From Spirochaetia bacterium (GTDB taxonomy: Bacteria > Spirochaetota > Spirochaetia > SZUA-6 > Bin103), in the NCBI GenBank assembly GCA_965203515.1, contig OZ241907.1, positions 1,344,001 through 1,408,000 of the forward strand: a DNA stretch of 64,000 bases, in the 5' to 3' direction. Below, in pieces: positions 1 to 9,677 of the stretch (position 1 is its first letter; every line of letters begins with the position of its first letter). The translations under genes and the position numbers were made by a program. The notes beneath the pieces are model-generated. The model worked only from the letters and a program-made list of their open reading frames with translations, made no database searches and had not been told where the DNA came from.

Positions 1-101
1 AAGTCCCCGGCCGGCGCCTGGATGATCAGGAACGACAGGATCGACACCGCGACCAGCGTGGGTATCATGAGAAGCACGCGCCGCACGATGAACTTCGTCA
101 T
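1..101 (-). CDS. ABC transporter permease (DppB/OppB-like), N-terminal part, runs off the window
   Basis: Manual translation MTKFIVRRVLLMIPTLVAVSILSFLIIQAPAGD, a typical DppB N-terminus, similar to 22828..23823. Confidence 0.8.
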   Translation of the reverse strand, partial: MTKFIVRRVLLMIPTLVAVSILSFLIIQAPAGD

Positions 102-156
102 CCGCTACCCGGTTATAGCAGGAAGCCGTTTCTGATACCATAGGCGCACAGCGACC

Positions 157-1128
157 ATGGCGACCGCAGCGTTCGTGACCGAAGAAGGCGCCGCCCATCG
201 GGAGGTCGCTCCCGTGGAGTCCGCCCGCATGACCGCGCAGGAGCTGACGCGGTGGCATGCGGACGGCTATCTGGTGGTTCGCCGGCTGTGGGAGCGTGAC
301 GAGATCGCCGCCTGCGCGCAACGGTTCGCCGACGTCGCCGCCGCCGGGACGCCGATCCCCGGCCACTGGAACCCCGACCCGGACAGCGGCGATCCGCTGC
401 TGCGGTTCCCGCGCGTCATGCACCCGCACCGCTTCGACCCGCTGGCGCGGCGCATGCTGCTCGACGCGCGGATCGAGGCGGTGTTGGCGGCCCTGATGGG
501 CGAGGAGCCGATCGCCGCGCAGTCGATGTTCTACTACAAGCCGCCCGGCGCACGGGGCCAGGCGCTGCATCAGGACAACTACTACCTGCGCGTCCGGCCG
601 CATACCTGCATCGCGGCGTGGACCGCCGTCGACCGCTCGCATCCCGACAACGGCGGCCTGTACGTCTGTCCGGGCACGCACGCGATGGAGGTGGCGTGCC
701 CGGAGGAGGCCGACCCGAAGCAGAGCTTCACCACGCACCTCGTGCGGCCCCCGGCGGGGGTGACGCCGGTGCCGGTCCTGCTCGATCCGGGCGACGTGCT
801 GTTCTTCGGCGGCAGCATCGTGCACGGGTCGCGGCCGAACGCCGCCGCCGGCGAGTGGCGGCGCAGCTTCATCTGCCACTACGCGCCGGCGAGCTTCCGC
901 GAGATGTCCGCGCACTACCGCCCGGCGCTCCGCTTCGACGGGCGCGAACACCGCTTCGCCGACGCCGCCGGCGGCGGCCCCTGCGGCGACCAGTCGGCCG
1001 GCGGCGGCGAGCTCGTCACCGGCGGACCGGCACCGGCACGGAGCGCAGCAGGCAGAGGAGCGTCAACGCGAACAGGCCCGCGCCGGTCAACACGTGCAGG
1101 CTGGCCATCAGCGGCGAACGGGCGGTGA
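157..1128 (+). CDS. Phytanoyl-CoA dioxygenase (PhyH) family protein
   Basis: KPPG...LHQDNYY (HxD), W.AVD...NGGL, GDVLFF..IVHGSRPN...RRS; the last ~40 aa overlap the convergent gene. Confidence 0.85.
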   Translation: MATAAFVTEEGAAHREVAPVESARMTAQELTRWHADGYLVVRRLWERDEIAACAQRFADVAAAGTPIPGHWNPDPDSGDPLLRFPRVMHPHRFDPLARRMLLDARIEAVLAALMGEEPIAAQSMFYYKPPGARGQALHQDNYYLRVRPHTCIAAWTAVDRSHPDNGGLYVCPGTHAMEVACPEEADPKQSFTTHLVRPPAGVTPVPVLLDPGDVLFFGGSIVHGSRPNAAAGEWRRSFICHYAPASFREMSAHYRPALRFDGREHRFADAAGGGPCGDQSAGGGELVTGGPAPARSAAGRGASTRTGPRRSTRAGWPSAANGR

Positions 1129-1969
1129 GGACGGTCAGCGCGCCCAATGCCGCCTGGACCAGCACCAGCGCGTTCACCCCCGCCAGCAGGCGCCGCACCT
1201 CGGGCCGACCGCGGCGGCGGACGATCAGGTTGACCGCAACGACCACGATCAGGGTTACCGCCGCACCCAGACGGTGGAGGAAGTGGACCGTCACCTGCGC
1301 CATGCCGACCGGTTCCAGCCGGAGCGCGAAGCGCTCGGCGTTGATCGCCGCCAACATCCGGTCGTCGAACCGCGGCAGCAGACTGCCGCCCATGAGCGGG
1401 AAGTCGGGTATCGCCAATCCCGCGTCGGTATGGCGCATCAGCGCCCCGATCACCAGTTGCAGAAAGACCACGGCCGGCAACGCCGCGACCGCCGGCCACA
1501 ACGGCGGCTGCTGAGCGGCGGACGCCGCGATCGCCGGTTCGCGCACGCGCCGCTCCCATTCGCGGGACTGAGCATAGGCGATGAACACGAGCAGCATGGC
1601 CAGGGACTGCGCCAGCACCGCGTGGGCGATGGAGATCGGGTCGGGCAGCAGCAACAGCACCGTCAGACCGCCCAGCACCCCCTGCGCGACGATCGCCGCC
1701 ACCGCCGCCCAGGCCAGCGCGCGCAACCACCGGCGCGGCTCCCGCCACGTGAAGACCAGCGCCTGGATCACCACCAACAGGCCGACGCCGGCGGCGATCA
1801 TGCGATGGCCGTGCTCGTACAGAATGCCGCCCACCATCGGCGGGAACAGCATCCCGTAGGAGAGCGGCCAGTCCGGCACCGCCAGGCCGGAGCCGGTGCT
1901 GGTGACCAGGCTGCCGGCGAGGATCAGGAGCAGCGCCGCGCCGGCGCTCACCTTCGTCAGCAGGCGCAC
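1016..1969 (-). CDS. ctaA: COX15/CtaA family heme A synthase-like protein
   Basis: VTSTGSGLAVPDWP, EHGHR, H.VLAQ, RHTDAGLA, FLHR, SLHV and multiple TM helices; GTG start at 1969 chosen over the 2767 ORF start. Confidence 0.85.
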   Translation of the reverse strand: MRLLTKVSAGAALLLILAGSLVTSTGSGLAVPDWPLSYGMLFPPMVGGILYEHGHRMIAAGVGLLVVIQALVFTWREPRRWLRALAWAAVAAIVAQGVLGGLTVLLLLPDPISIAHAVLAQSLAMLLVFIAYAQSREWERRVREPAIAASAAQQPPLWPAVAALPAVVFLQLVIGALMRHTDAGLAIPDFPLMGGSLLPRFDDRMLAAINAERFALRLEPVGMAQVTVHFLHRLGAAVTLIVVVAVNLIVRRRGRPEVRRLLAGVNALVLVQAALGALTVLTARSPLMASLHVLTGAGLFALTLLCLLRSVPVPVRR

Positions 1970-2052
1970 GGCGGCACTATACGACAGCGGCAGACGGGTC
2001 CTGCTCGGACCCGCCTGCTCGGATGCCTCAGCCGGAGTGCCGATCCTCGGCG

Positions 2053-3153
2053 CTACGCCAGGTCCAGGGTGATGTCGAGCGCCTGCGCGGCGCGGGCCAG
2101 AAGGGCCGACAGCGTGATCGCCAGTTCCTGCGCCTCGGTTCCGAACAGATCGGCCTCGGCGGCGCTGAACCGGTGTCCGGCCCGTTCCCGTTCGTGGAGC
2201 ACGCTGACGTAGCCGACCAGTTCCACGAATCCGTCGCTGATCTGCGTGTCCAGCGACGCGTCCGCCTCGGCCAGCAGCGACGACACGTGGTCGTAGGCCA
2301 GGCTCAGCCCGGTGAGGATGCCGTTGATGTCGAACAGACGGCTGACCGCCACGAAGCTGATCTCCGCGGAGGTGTCGCCGGCGACGAAGCGGGACTCCTT
2401 CCACTGTTCGAAGTACTCGTTCATGGTCGGCACCATCACCACCAGCGCCGTGAACACGTCGGTCAGGCTCGGCCTCCAGGCCGAGACCGCCTCCCCCATC
2501 TCGGCAGCGGCGCCGTCGATCGCTTCGGCGACCGCCAGCAGGATGTCGGTCTCCGGCAGCACGTCGGCCACGGCGGCGACATGACCGTCCCGGTCCAGGT
2601 CGACACGGGCGCCGGCCCATTCGTCGACCGTCCCCCACAGCACCGGCTCGGTCAGGTGATGGAACAGGTTGCCGGGCCGCTCCAGGACGCGGCCGTCCCG
2701 CACTTCGAGGGTCCAATCGATCGCCTCGGCCGGATCCTCGGCCCCGGACGGACCGGCGTCGATCCACACGTCGTACCAGGCCAGGGACGGGACGCCGGCG
2801 ATGATGCCCTCGCTCAGCTCATACGCGGTGCTCGCGTCGACCCACGCTTCGCGGCCGTTGCGGATCAGGTCGCTCAGCGCGTCCGACTGCGCGTTCCAGG
2901 CCGCCTGATAGTCGCCGCCGTGCTGCGCGAGGAGCCGGTCGTAGTCGGCCGCCACCCGCGACAGCCGGGCGGTCGCCTCCTGCATCGCCTGCGCGTTGGC
3001 CAGGGTGTACGCCTTGATCGGCCCCAGGTCGGGGGCCGACCGCTCCGTCTCCGCGCTGGCAAACGCCATCCCGCAGCTCGCCGCGACGAGCATGGCGGCC
3101 CGGAGGAGCCGGCAGGCGCTTGCGGGCGCCCGCGTTCCGATGGATGAAGTCAT
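2053..3153 (-). CDS. Imelysin/EfeO-like periplasmic iron-binding protein
   Basis: Signal-peptide-like N-terminus, acidic helical protein (AWVDASTAYELSEG, GNLFHHLTEP, VPTMNEYFEQWK), GGGGAG RBS, divergent from an FTR1 permease. Confidence 0.65.
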   Translation of the reverse strand: MTSSIGTRAPASACRLLRAAMLVAASCGMAFASAETERSAPDLGPIKAYTLANAQAMQEATARLSRVAADYDRLLAQHGGDYQAAWNAQSDALSDLIRNGREAWVDASTAYELSEGIIAGVPSLAWYDVWIDAGPSGAEDPAEAIDWTLEVRDGRVLERPGNLFHHLTEPVLWGTVDEWAGARVDLDRDGHVAAVADVLPETDILLAVAEAIDGAAAEMGEAVSAWRPSLTDVFTALVVMVPTMNEYFEQWKESRFVAGDTSAEISFVAVSRLFDINGILTGLSLAYDHVSSLLAEADASLDTQISDGFVELVGYVSVLHERERAGHRFSAAEADLFGTEAQELAITLSALLARAAQALDITLDLA

Positions 3154-3185
3154 TGAGAACTCTCCCCGGGACCGATGGCCCCATT

Positions 3186-3221
3186 CATTAATGTTCATTA
3201 ACATATTGAAGCATTATTCAT
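3186..3221. promoter_or_regulatory. AT-rich divergent promoter region with inverted repeats (candidate Fur/metal-regulator site)
   Basis: TTAATG-TT-CATTAA at 3188-3201 and TGAA-N6-TTCA at 3207-3220, between two iron-uptake genes in a GC-rich background. Confidence 0.5.
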
Positions 3222-3326
3222 CCATGTCAACTCCCCGTGCGCGCCCTGCAGGTCGTCGGCATCGGCCGAGCTCCCTTGCGCCGGCCGACCGGTTCGTGTT
3301 TTCATGCGTTAACAGCATTAAGATTC

Positions 3327-5669
3327 ATGAATCGGCTTAATATCCATGAAGGGTTGCGGCCCCTGCTTGCCGCGGCGCTGCTCGCCGGTCTGGGGGCGCC
3401 GGCCGCGGCCCTGCCGGACGACGGCGCAGCGGCGCGGTGGCGCCATTCCCGGACGATGCGGAGCGAGCTGCTCTCCATGCTCGTTGCCGCCGAGCGCGGC
3501 GACCGCCCCGCGGTCACGCAGCACGTCCGGCAGGCCGCCGCTGCCTACGCGCACCTGACGGCCGCGGTGGCGGCCGCGGCGCCCGCGTCCGACGGGCGCA
3601 TCCTTACGGGGCTCGATACCCTGCGCGGGCTGCCGGACGGCGCGCTGGCGCACCGCGCCCTGATCCGCGGCCGGGTGCTCGGCGAACTGGCCGCCGCGGC
3701 GCGGCTCGGCGCCATCGCCGCGGCCCGTGCCGGAGACCCGGCGGGCGCCGAGGCATGGCTCGCCCTGCGCGAGTACCGCAAAGCCACGCCGGTGACCCTG
3801 GTCCACTCGGCGGCGTCCCGCGCCGTTCAGGACCAGGCGGCCGGCTTGCTGGCGCCGGAGGCGGCCGCCGCCATCGTCCGCGACGACCTGGACGATACCT
3901 ACCACGCCCGCGTGCGCTACGCGGCCGCCGACGCCGTCAAGGCGGCCGATCACGGCCTGGTGATACGGCCGGCCGAGAGCGCCGGGCTGATCGGCGCCTA
4001 CCTGTCGATGCTCGGCAGCGATTACGCCGTCAAGCGGGGCGCCGGCGCCTGGGCCGAGCTGCAGGCGACCGCCGGCACGCTGGAGGCGGCCGCCCTGGCG
4101 GCCGACGGCGCCGCGGTGCGCGAAGCGGCGGACGCGTTGCTGCGCCAGTGGCGGGGCTATCAGGCGGTCGAGCTGCCGGCCGCCGAGCTGCGGCGACGCG
4201 CCAACCTCCTGCAGTTGTTCCTGGAATTGGTGGCCGTGGAGTACCGGGACGGCGTGCGCAACGGCGCCGTCAGCATCGAGACCGAGTACCGGGAGGCGGT
4301 CGCCTTCCTGGAACAGGCGGCGCTGACCGCCGCCGAGTTGGCGCCGCGCATCGCCGCGGTCGACGCCGCGCAGGCCGACCGGCTGGAACGGCTGCTGGAC
4401 GAACTCGCGCAGCGGGTGGCGGCACTGGGACCGACGCCGGCGGTCCGGGAGCTGACCGACCAGTCGCGCGCCATCGTCGCCGCCACCCTGGGCGCTGACG
4501 GCGCCATCGACGGCGAATCGGCGTTCACCGTGATCGACCAGATGTTCGCCAGTCTGGACGGATTGGTGCGCGGCGGCGACTGGGAAGGCGCCGAACGGAT
4601 GCGGATACAGGTCTACGGACTGTTCGACGCCGGGCCGGAGCTGTCGCTCCTGGCGCTCGACCCGCCGCTGGCGGCGCGGATCGACGCGCTGTTCTGGTCC
4701 GGGCGGCCGGGCACTGCGGGATTGGCGACCATCATCGCCGGGCAGGCGCCGTTTTCCGCCTACCTGGCCACCGCCGGCGAGTTGCGCACCGCGCTACGCG
4801 ACGCCCGCCGGGTGTTGTCACGCGACGCGGCGCCGATCGCCACGGCGGTGAACGCGGCGGTCATCGTGTTCCGCGAAGGCTTGGAGGCGGTCGTCATTCT
4901 GGCCGCACTGGTGGCCGGCATGGTCGGGGCGGCCGCAGCCTTCCGCCGGCCGCTGTTCATCGGCGCGCTGGCCGCGCTGGCCGCCTCCGCCGCCACCTGG
5001 TTCGCCGCCTACCGGTTGGTGCACCTGTTCCGGGTCTATGGGGAGCGACTGGAGGCGGTGGTTTCGCTGCTCGCCATCGGCGTGCTGCTGGTCATCACCA
5101 ACTGGTTCTTTCACAAGATGTACTGGAGCGGCTGGATCGCCAAGTTCCACCATCACAAGCGGTCGCTGCTGACCGGCGCCGCCGGCCAGGCGATCGGCTT
5201 TGCCATGCTGGGGTTCGCCAGCGTCTACCGGGAGGGGTTCGAGACCGCGCTGTTCCTGCAGGCGCTCACGTTCCGCGCCGGCGTCGACACGGTGCTGGCC
5301 GGCGTCGCCCTGGGATCGGCGGCCGTCGCCGTGGTCGGCCTGGTGACGTTCCGCCTGGGGAAGAAGCTGCCGTACAAGAAGATGCTGATGGTCACCGGGG
5401 TCCTGATCGGCGGCGTGCTGGTGACCCTGACCGGATCGACCGTGCACGTGATGCAGGCCGTCGGCTGGGTACCCCTCTCGCCGATCTTCGGGCTGGCGTT
5501 GCCGTACTGGCTCGGTACGTGGTTCGGTCTCTATCCGACGTGGCAGACCATGGGCGGGCAGGCCGCGGCGGCGGCGGTGGTGCTGGGCAGCTACGCTCTG
5601 GCGCGGGTCCGGCTCCGCAACGGCAAGGCGCCGGCGCCGGATCGTCCGCAAGCCCTGGCGTCCGCATGA
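3327..5669 (+). CDS. FTR1/EfeU-family iron permease with a long extracytoplasmic N-terminal domain
   Basis: Two RExxE motifs (FREGLEA, YREGFET), C-terminal TM bundle, LGTWFGLYPTWQT; start taken as ATG 3327 (signal peptide follows). Confidence 0.9.
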   Translation: MNRLNIHEGLRPLLAAALLAGLGAPAAALPDDGAAARWRHSRTMRSELLSMLVAAERGDRPAVTQHVRQAAAAYAHLTAAVAAAAPASDGRILTGLDTLRGLPDGALAHRALIRGRVLGELAAAARLGAIAAARAGDPAGAEAWLALREYRKATPVTLVHSAASRAVQDQAAGLLAPEAAAAIVRDDLDDTYHARVRYAAADAVKAADHGLVIRPAESAGLIGAYLSMLGSDYAVKRGAGAWAELQATAGTLEAAALAADGAAVREAADALLRQWRGYQAVELPAAELRRRANLLQLFLELVAVEYRDGVRNGAVSIETEYREAVAFLEQAALTAAELAPRIAAVDAAQADRLERLLDELAQRVAALGPTPAVRELTDQSRAIVAATLGADGAIDGESAFTVIDQMFASLDGLVRGGDWEGAERMRIQVYGLFDAGPELSLLALDPPLAARIDALFWSGRPGTAGLATIIAGQAPFSAYLATAGELRTALRDARRVLSRDAAPIATAVNAAVIVFREGLEAVVILAALVAGMVGAAAAFRRPLFIGALAALAASAATWFAAYRLVHLFRVYGERLEAVVSLLAIGVLLVITNWFFHKMYWSGWIAKFHHHKRSLLTGAAGQAIGFAMLGFASVYREGFETALFLQALTFRAGVDTVLAGVALGSAAVAVVGLVTFRLGKKLPYKKMLMVTGVLIGGVLVTLTGSTVHVMQAVGWVPLSPIFGLALPYWLGTWFGLYPTWQTMGGQAAAAAVVLGSYALARVRLRNGKAPAPDRPQALASA

Positions 5670-6973
5670 CCGTGATCCGCGCCTGGCTTCTCGATTATCG
5701 GCCGCTCGACCGCTACGCGGCCGACGCGGCGTCCGCGGCCGCCGGCACGCTGCCGACTCAACTGGCCCGGACCGTACCGGCAGCGGCCGGCGCCGGGCCG
5801 GAATGGGCGGTCCTGGCGACCTGCCACCGGTGCGAGGTGTACGCCTGCGGCGCCGGCGTCGATCCCTTGCGGCGCCGGCTGGACGAGCACCTGCCACCGG
5901 CCGCCCGCGAGGCGGTAACGGAGATCGACGGCGCCCGCGCCGCTCACCATCTGATGCGCGTGGCGGCCGGGCTGGATTCGCTGCTGATCGGCGAGACCGA
6001 CGTCCAGCGCCAAGTGGTGGAAGCGCTCGATCGGGCGGCGCTCCTCGGCAGCGCCGGACCGGTGCTGAACGCCCTGTTCCGCGCCGCCGTGCACGCCGGC
6101 AAGCGGGTCCGTACCGTCACCGCCATCGGCCGTCACGCCACCTCCCTGGCGCCGGCCGCCGTCGATCTGGTGGCGGCGCGCTTCGGTCCGCTGCATCGGG
6201 CGCAGGCGTTGGTGTTCGGCGCCGGGACCATGGCGCGGCGCGCCTGCGACCGGCTGCACGCCCTGGGCGTCGGCGCGCTGGCGGTGACCAACCGCACCCT
6301 CGCCCGCGCCCAACACCTGGCGCACGCCTACGGAGGCCGCGCCGTGCCGTGGGAGGACGCCGCCGGCGCCCTGCGCGGCGCCGACGTCGCCATCGCCGCC
6401 ACCGCGGCGCCGGAGCCGTTCATCGATCGATCGATGCTGGACGCGGCGACGGCCGCACGCGACGGCCGGCCGTTGCATCTGGTCGATCTTGCCCTGCCGC
6501 GCAACGTGCGCGTCGACGAGGCCCCGCTCGACCGGCTCCGGTACTACGACTTCGCCGACCTGGAGGCGGCGGCCGCCGCCGGACGCGCCGCGCGCGCGGC
6601 GGACGTCCCACGCGCCGAGGCGGTGATCGAGCAGGAGTTGGCGCGCTTTCGCACCTGGCTGCAGCAGCGCGAAGTCGTTCCCGCTCTGCGACTGCTGGGA
6701 GAGCAGGCCGCCGCCGCCCGAGACGCCGAGCTGGAACGGGCCCGGCGGCGGCTGCCGGAGCTGACCGACCGGCAGCGGCGGGCGGTGGAATCGCTGGCCC
6801 ACAACCTGACCCAGCGCCTTCTGCGCCGACCCAGGAAGCGCCTGCGGCAGGCCGCCGGCAGCGATCAGGCGGCGCGCTGCCGAGCGGCGCTGGAGTACCT
6901 GTTCGCCGAACCCGATCCCGCGGACGACCGCGCCTCGCCGGACGCTCCCGAGCCGGACGCTTCCGCGACCTGA
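5666..6973 (+). CDS. hemA: Glutamyl-tRNA reductase
   Basis: LATCHRCEVY, VAAGLDSLLIGE, GKRVRT.T.I, GAGTMA, NRT, DLALPRNV; ATGA overlap with the FTR1 stop. Confidence 0.9.
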   Translation: MTVIRAWLLDYRPLDRYAADAASAAAGTLPTQLARTVPAAAGAGPEWAVLATCHRCEVYACGAGVDPLRRRLDEHLPPAAREAVTEIDGARAAHHLMRVAAGLDSLLIGETDVQRQVVEALDRAALLGSAGPVLNALFRAAVHAGKRVRTVTAIGRHATSLAPAAVDLVAARFGPLHRAQALVFGAGTMARRACDRLHALGVGALAVTNRTLARAQHLAHAYGGRAVPWEDAAGALRGADVAIAATAAPEPFIDRSMLDAATAARDGRPLHLVDLALPRNVRVDEAPLDRLRYYDFADLEAAAAAGRAARAADVPRAEAVIEQELARFRTWLQQREVVPALRLLGEQAAAARDAELERARRRLPELTDRQRRAVESLAHNLTQRLLRRPRKRLRQAAGSDQAARCRAALEYLFAEPDPADDRASPDAPEPDASAT

Positions 6974-6987
6974 ATCAGGAGCACCGC

Positions 6988-7698
6988 ATGACCGTACCCC
7001 CGGACCGGGCCCGCGGCGCCGAGCCGCGCACCCTCAACCACTTCGCCGTGTTGCGCCTCACCGCGGCCTGGTGGCGTCTTGAACGCGCCGACCGCTGCCG
7101 GCGGCTGCGCGCGCTGCAGGAGGCGCTCGCCGGCGTGGCCGACGTCCTGCACCTGTATCAGATGTTCCCCCTGCACGACACCGGCGACCTGCTGGCGTGG
7201 ACGGCGCTGCGGTCGGCCGAACCGGAACGGGTCCACGCCTATTTCGGCGGCTACGCGCGGGCGCTGGCGCCGCTGCGCCCGCTGCTGGAAGTGCGGCAGC
7301 CGCTGTGGGGCTTTACCCGTCCCTCCACGTACACGAAGACCCGTTCCACGCAGGAGATCGACCCGTTCACCGCGGAGCGCAAGCGCCATCTGGTCGTCTA
7401 TCCGTTCGTGAAGACCAGCGCCTGGTACGGCCTGAGCCGCGACGTGCGGCAGGGAATGATGAACGGACACATCCGCGTCGGCAAGGAATACCCGGACGTC
7501 ACGCAGCTCCTGCTCTATTCCGTGGGCGTGCAGGATCAGGAGTTCGTGGTCGTCTACGAGACCGATGACCTGACCCGCTTCTCCGATCTGGTGAACCAGC
7601 TCCGCGGCACCGAGGCGCGCGCCTACACCGAGCGCGACACGCCGCTGACCACCGCGCTGCACCACGCCGGGAGCGAGACCCTGGAGCTGTTCTGCTGA
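6988..7698 (+). CDS. hemQ: Chlorite dismutase-family protein, probably coproheme decarboxylase (HemQ/ChdC)
   Basis: TRPSTY, VYPFVKTSAWY.L...RQGMM..HIRVGKEYP, YSVG.QDQEFVV.YETDD, YTERDTP; AGGAG RBS; hem operon context. Confidence 0.8.
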   Translation: MTVPPDRARGAEPRTLNHFAVLRLTAAWWRLERADRCRRLRALQEALAGVADVLHLYQMFPLHDTGDLLAWTALRSAEPERVHAYFGGYARALAPLRPLLEVRQPLWGFTRPSTYTKTRSTQEIDPFTAERKRHLVVYPFVKTSAWYGLSRDVRQGMMNGHIRVGKEYPDVTQLLLYSVGVQDQEFVVVYETDDLTRFSDLVNQLRGTEARAYTERDTPLTTALHHAGSETLELFC

Positions 7699-8747
7699 CC
7701 GCTCCCACCGGCGCCGCGCCGCTGCTGGACGCCTGCCGGCGGCGGCCGGTCAGCCGCGTGCCGATCTGGCTGATGCGGCAGGCCGGCCGCTATCTGCCGG
7801 AGTACCGGGCGTTGCGCGCCCGGCACGGCATGCTGGACATCATCGGCAACCCCGAGCTGGCGGCGATGGTCACCCTGCAGCCGCTGCGGCGCTTCGACCT
7901 GGACGCCGCCATCATCTTCGCCGACATCCTGCCGCCCCTGATCGGCATGGGGCTGGAGCTCTCCTTCGGCGCCGGCTCCGGACCGACGATCCACAACCCG
8001 ATCCGCTCCCCTGCGGACATCGCTGCGCTGCAGGTTTCCGAGCCGCGGCGTCACGCGGCGGCCACCCTCGACGCGCTGGGACTGGTGCGCCGGGAGCTGC
8101 CGCCGGCGGTCACGCTGATCGGCTTTGCCGGGGCGCCGTTCACCCTGGCCACCTATGCGATCGAGGGCGGCACGTCGCGGCAGTTCACCTTGACCAAGCG
8201 GATGATGTTCGAGCAACCGGAAGCGTGGCGCGCGCTGATGAGCAAGCTGGCGCGCATGGTGACCGAGTACCTGACCGCTCAGGCGGAGGCGGGCGCCCAG
8301 GCGCTGCAGCTCTTCGACAGCTGGGCGGGGGTGGTCGGCGCCTCCGACTACCGGGAGCACGTGCTGCCCTGCGTGCAGGAGGTGTGCGCCGGTCTGGAGT
8401 CGACCGGCGTGCCGCTGATCTACTTCAGCACCGGCACCGGCGCGATGCTCGACGTGCTGTCCTCGGTGCCGTGCCACGTCCTGAGCGTCGACTGGCGCGT
8501 CGACCTGGCGGCGGCGCGGCGCGCGCTGCCGGAGCGCATGGCCCTGCAGGGCAACCTGGACCCGGCCCTGCTGTTCGCGCCGCCGCACGTGCTGGAACGA
8601 CGAACGCGCGCCGTGCTGGCCAGCGCGGCGGCCGATCCCGGGTTCATCTTCAATCTGGGTCACGGCATCCTGCCGCAGACGCCGCCGGCCGCGGTCGAAC
8701 GGCTGGTCGCGATGGTGCACGGCGCGCCGCCGCCGGTGCGGGCATGA
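7695..8747 (+). CDS. hemE: Uroporphyrinogen decarboxylase
   Basis: PIWLMRQAGRYLPEY, IIFADIL, GFAGAPFTLATY, FDSWAG, QGNLDP, NLGHGI; start extended to CTG 7695 (first standard start is 7758). Confidence 0.95.
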   Translation: MTAPTGAAPLLDACRRRPVSRVPIWLMRQAGRYLPEYRALRARHGMLDIIGNPELAAMVTLQPLRRFDLDAAIIFADILPPLIGMGLELSFGAGSGPTIHNPIRSPADIAALQVSEPRRHAAATLDALGLVRRELPPAVTLIGFAGAPFTLATYAIEGGTSRQFTLTKRMMFEQPEAWRALMSKLARMVTEYLTAQAEAGAQALQLFDSWAGVVGASDYREHVLPCVQEVCAGLESTGVPLIYFSTGTGAMLDVLSSVPCHVLSVDWRVDLAAARRALPERMALQGNLDPALLFAPPHVLERRTRAVLASAAADPGFIFNLGHGILPQTPPAAVERLVAMVHGAPPPVRA

Positions 8748-9667
8748 GCCTGCTCGGCGTGCTGGTGATGGCCTACGGCGGTCCCGACTCCCTGGCCGAC
8801 GTTGCGCCCTATCTGCAGGACGTGCGCGGCGGGCGGCCTACCCCGCCCGCACTGGTGGAGGAGGTGCGCGAGCGCTATCGGCTGATCGGCGGCCGGTCGC
8901 CGTTGCGCGCCATCACCGAGCGGCAGGCGTCGGCGCTGGGCCGCGAGCTGCGGGCGCGCGGCGTGCGGGCGGTCGTGGCGGTCGGGATGCGGCACTGGCA
9001 TCCGCGCATTGCGCCGGCGGTGGAGCGCCTGGCCCGGCAGGGCGTGACCCGCGTCGTGGGGCTGGCGCTGACGCCGCACTACTCGCGCCGCAGCGTCGGT
9101 GCCTATCAGGAGCGGGCGCGCGCGGCGGCCGCCGCGCTCCCGGCGGCACCTCGCCTTGCCTTCGTCTCTCACTTCGGCGATCACCCGCGATACGTCGCCG
9201 CGGTCGCGCGCGATCTGCAGCGCACGCGAGCGTCGCTGCGGGACCCGGCGCGCGCCCGCGTGCTGTTCTCCGCGCACAGCCTGCCGACCGCGTGGGTGGA
9301 CGGCGGCGACCCCTACCCGGCGCAACTCCGCGCCTCCGCCGATGCGGTCGCGGCATCCGCCGGCTTGCGGCCGCATCAGTGGCGGCAGTGCTTCCAGTCA
9401 GCGGGAGCGCGGCCGGGAAACTGGCTGGGACCGTCCCTGGAGGAGGAACTGCGCCGCGCCGACGCTGACGGGGTGGATGAAGTGATCGTGGTGCCGTTCG
9501 GATTCGTGGCCGACCACGTAGAGGTCCTGTTCGACATCGACATCGAACTGCGCGCGCTCGGCGCCTCCATCGGAGTCAGCGTGACGCGCACGCCCGCCCT
9601 GGACAGCGACCCGGGCCTGATCGCCGCGCTGGCTGACCGGGTGCAGGAGGCGGCGGCGCGTCTGTGA
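8744..9667 (+). CDS. hemH: Ferrochelatase (likely coproporphyrin ferrochelatase)
   Basis: MAYGGP, Y..IGGRSPL, GMRHWHP, FSAHSLP, DPY, WLGP, GFVADHVEVLFDID; ATGA overlap with hemE. Confidence 0.92.
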   Translation: MSLLGVLVMAYGGPDSLADVAPYLQDVRGGRPTPPALVEEVRERYRLIGGRSPLRAITERQASALGRELRARGVRAVVAVGMRHWHPRIAPAVERLARQGVTRVVGLALTPHYSRRSVGAYQERARAAAAALPAAPRLAFVSHFGDHPRYVAAVARDLQRTRASLRDPARARVLFSAHSLPTAWVDGGDPYPAQLRASADAVAASAGLRPHQWRQCFQSAGARPGNWLGPSLEEELRRADADGVDEVIVVPFGFVADHVEVLFDIDIELRALGASIGVSVTRTPALDSDPGLIAALADRVQEAAARL

Positions 9668-9677
9668 CGGACGCGCC

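Noticed and set aside
1016..1128. 113-bp convergent overlap of the PhyH and ctaA genes
   Set aside because: A low-complexity read-through tail, common in high-GC genomes
1970..2767. N-terminal extension of the ctaA ORF
   Set aside because: An alternate frame of the imelysin-like gene; CtaA homology starts at GTG 1969
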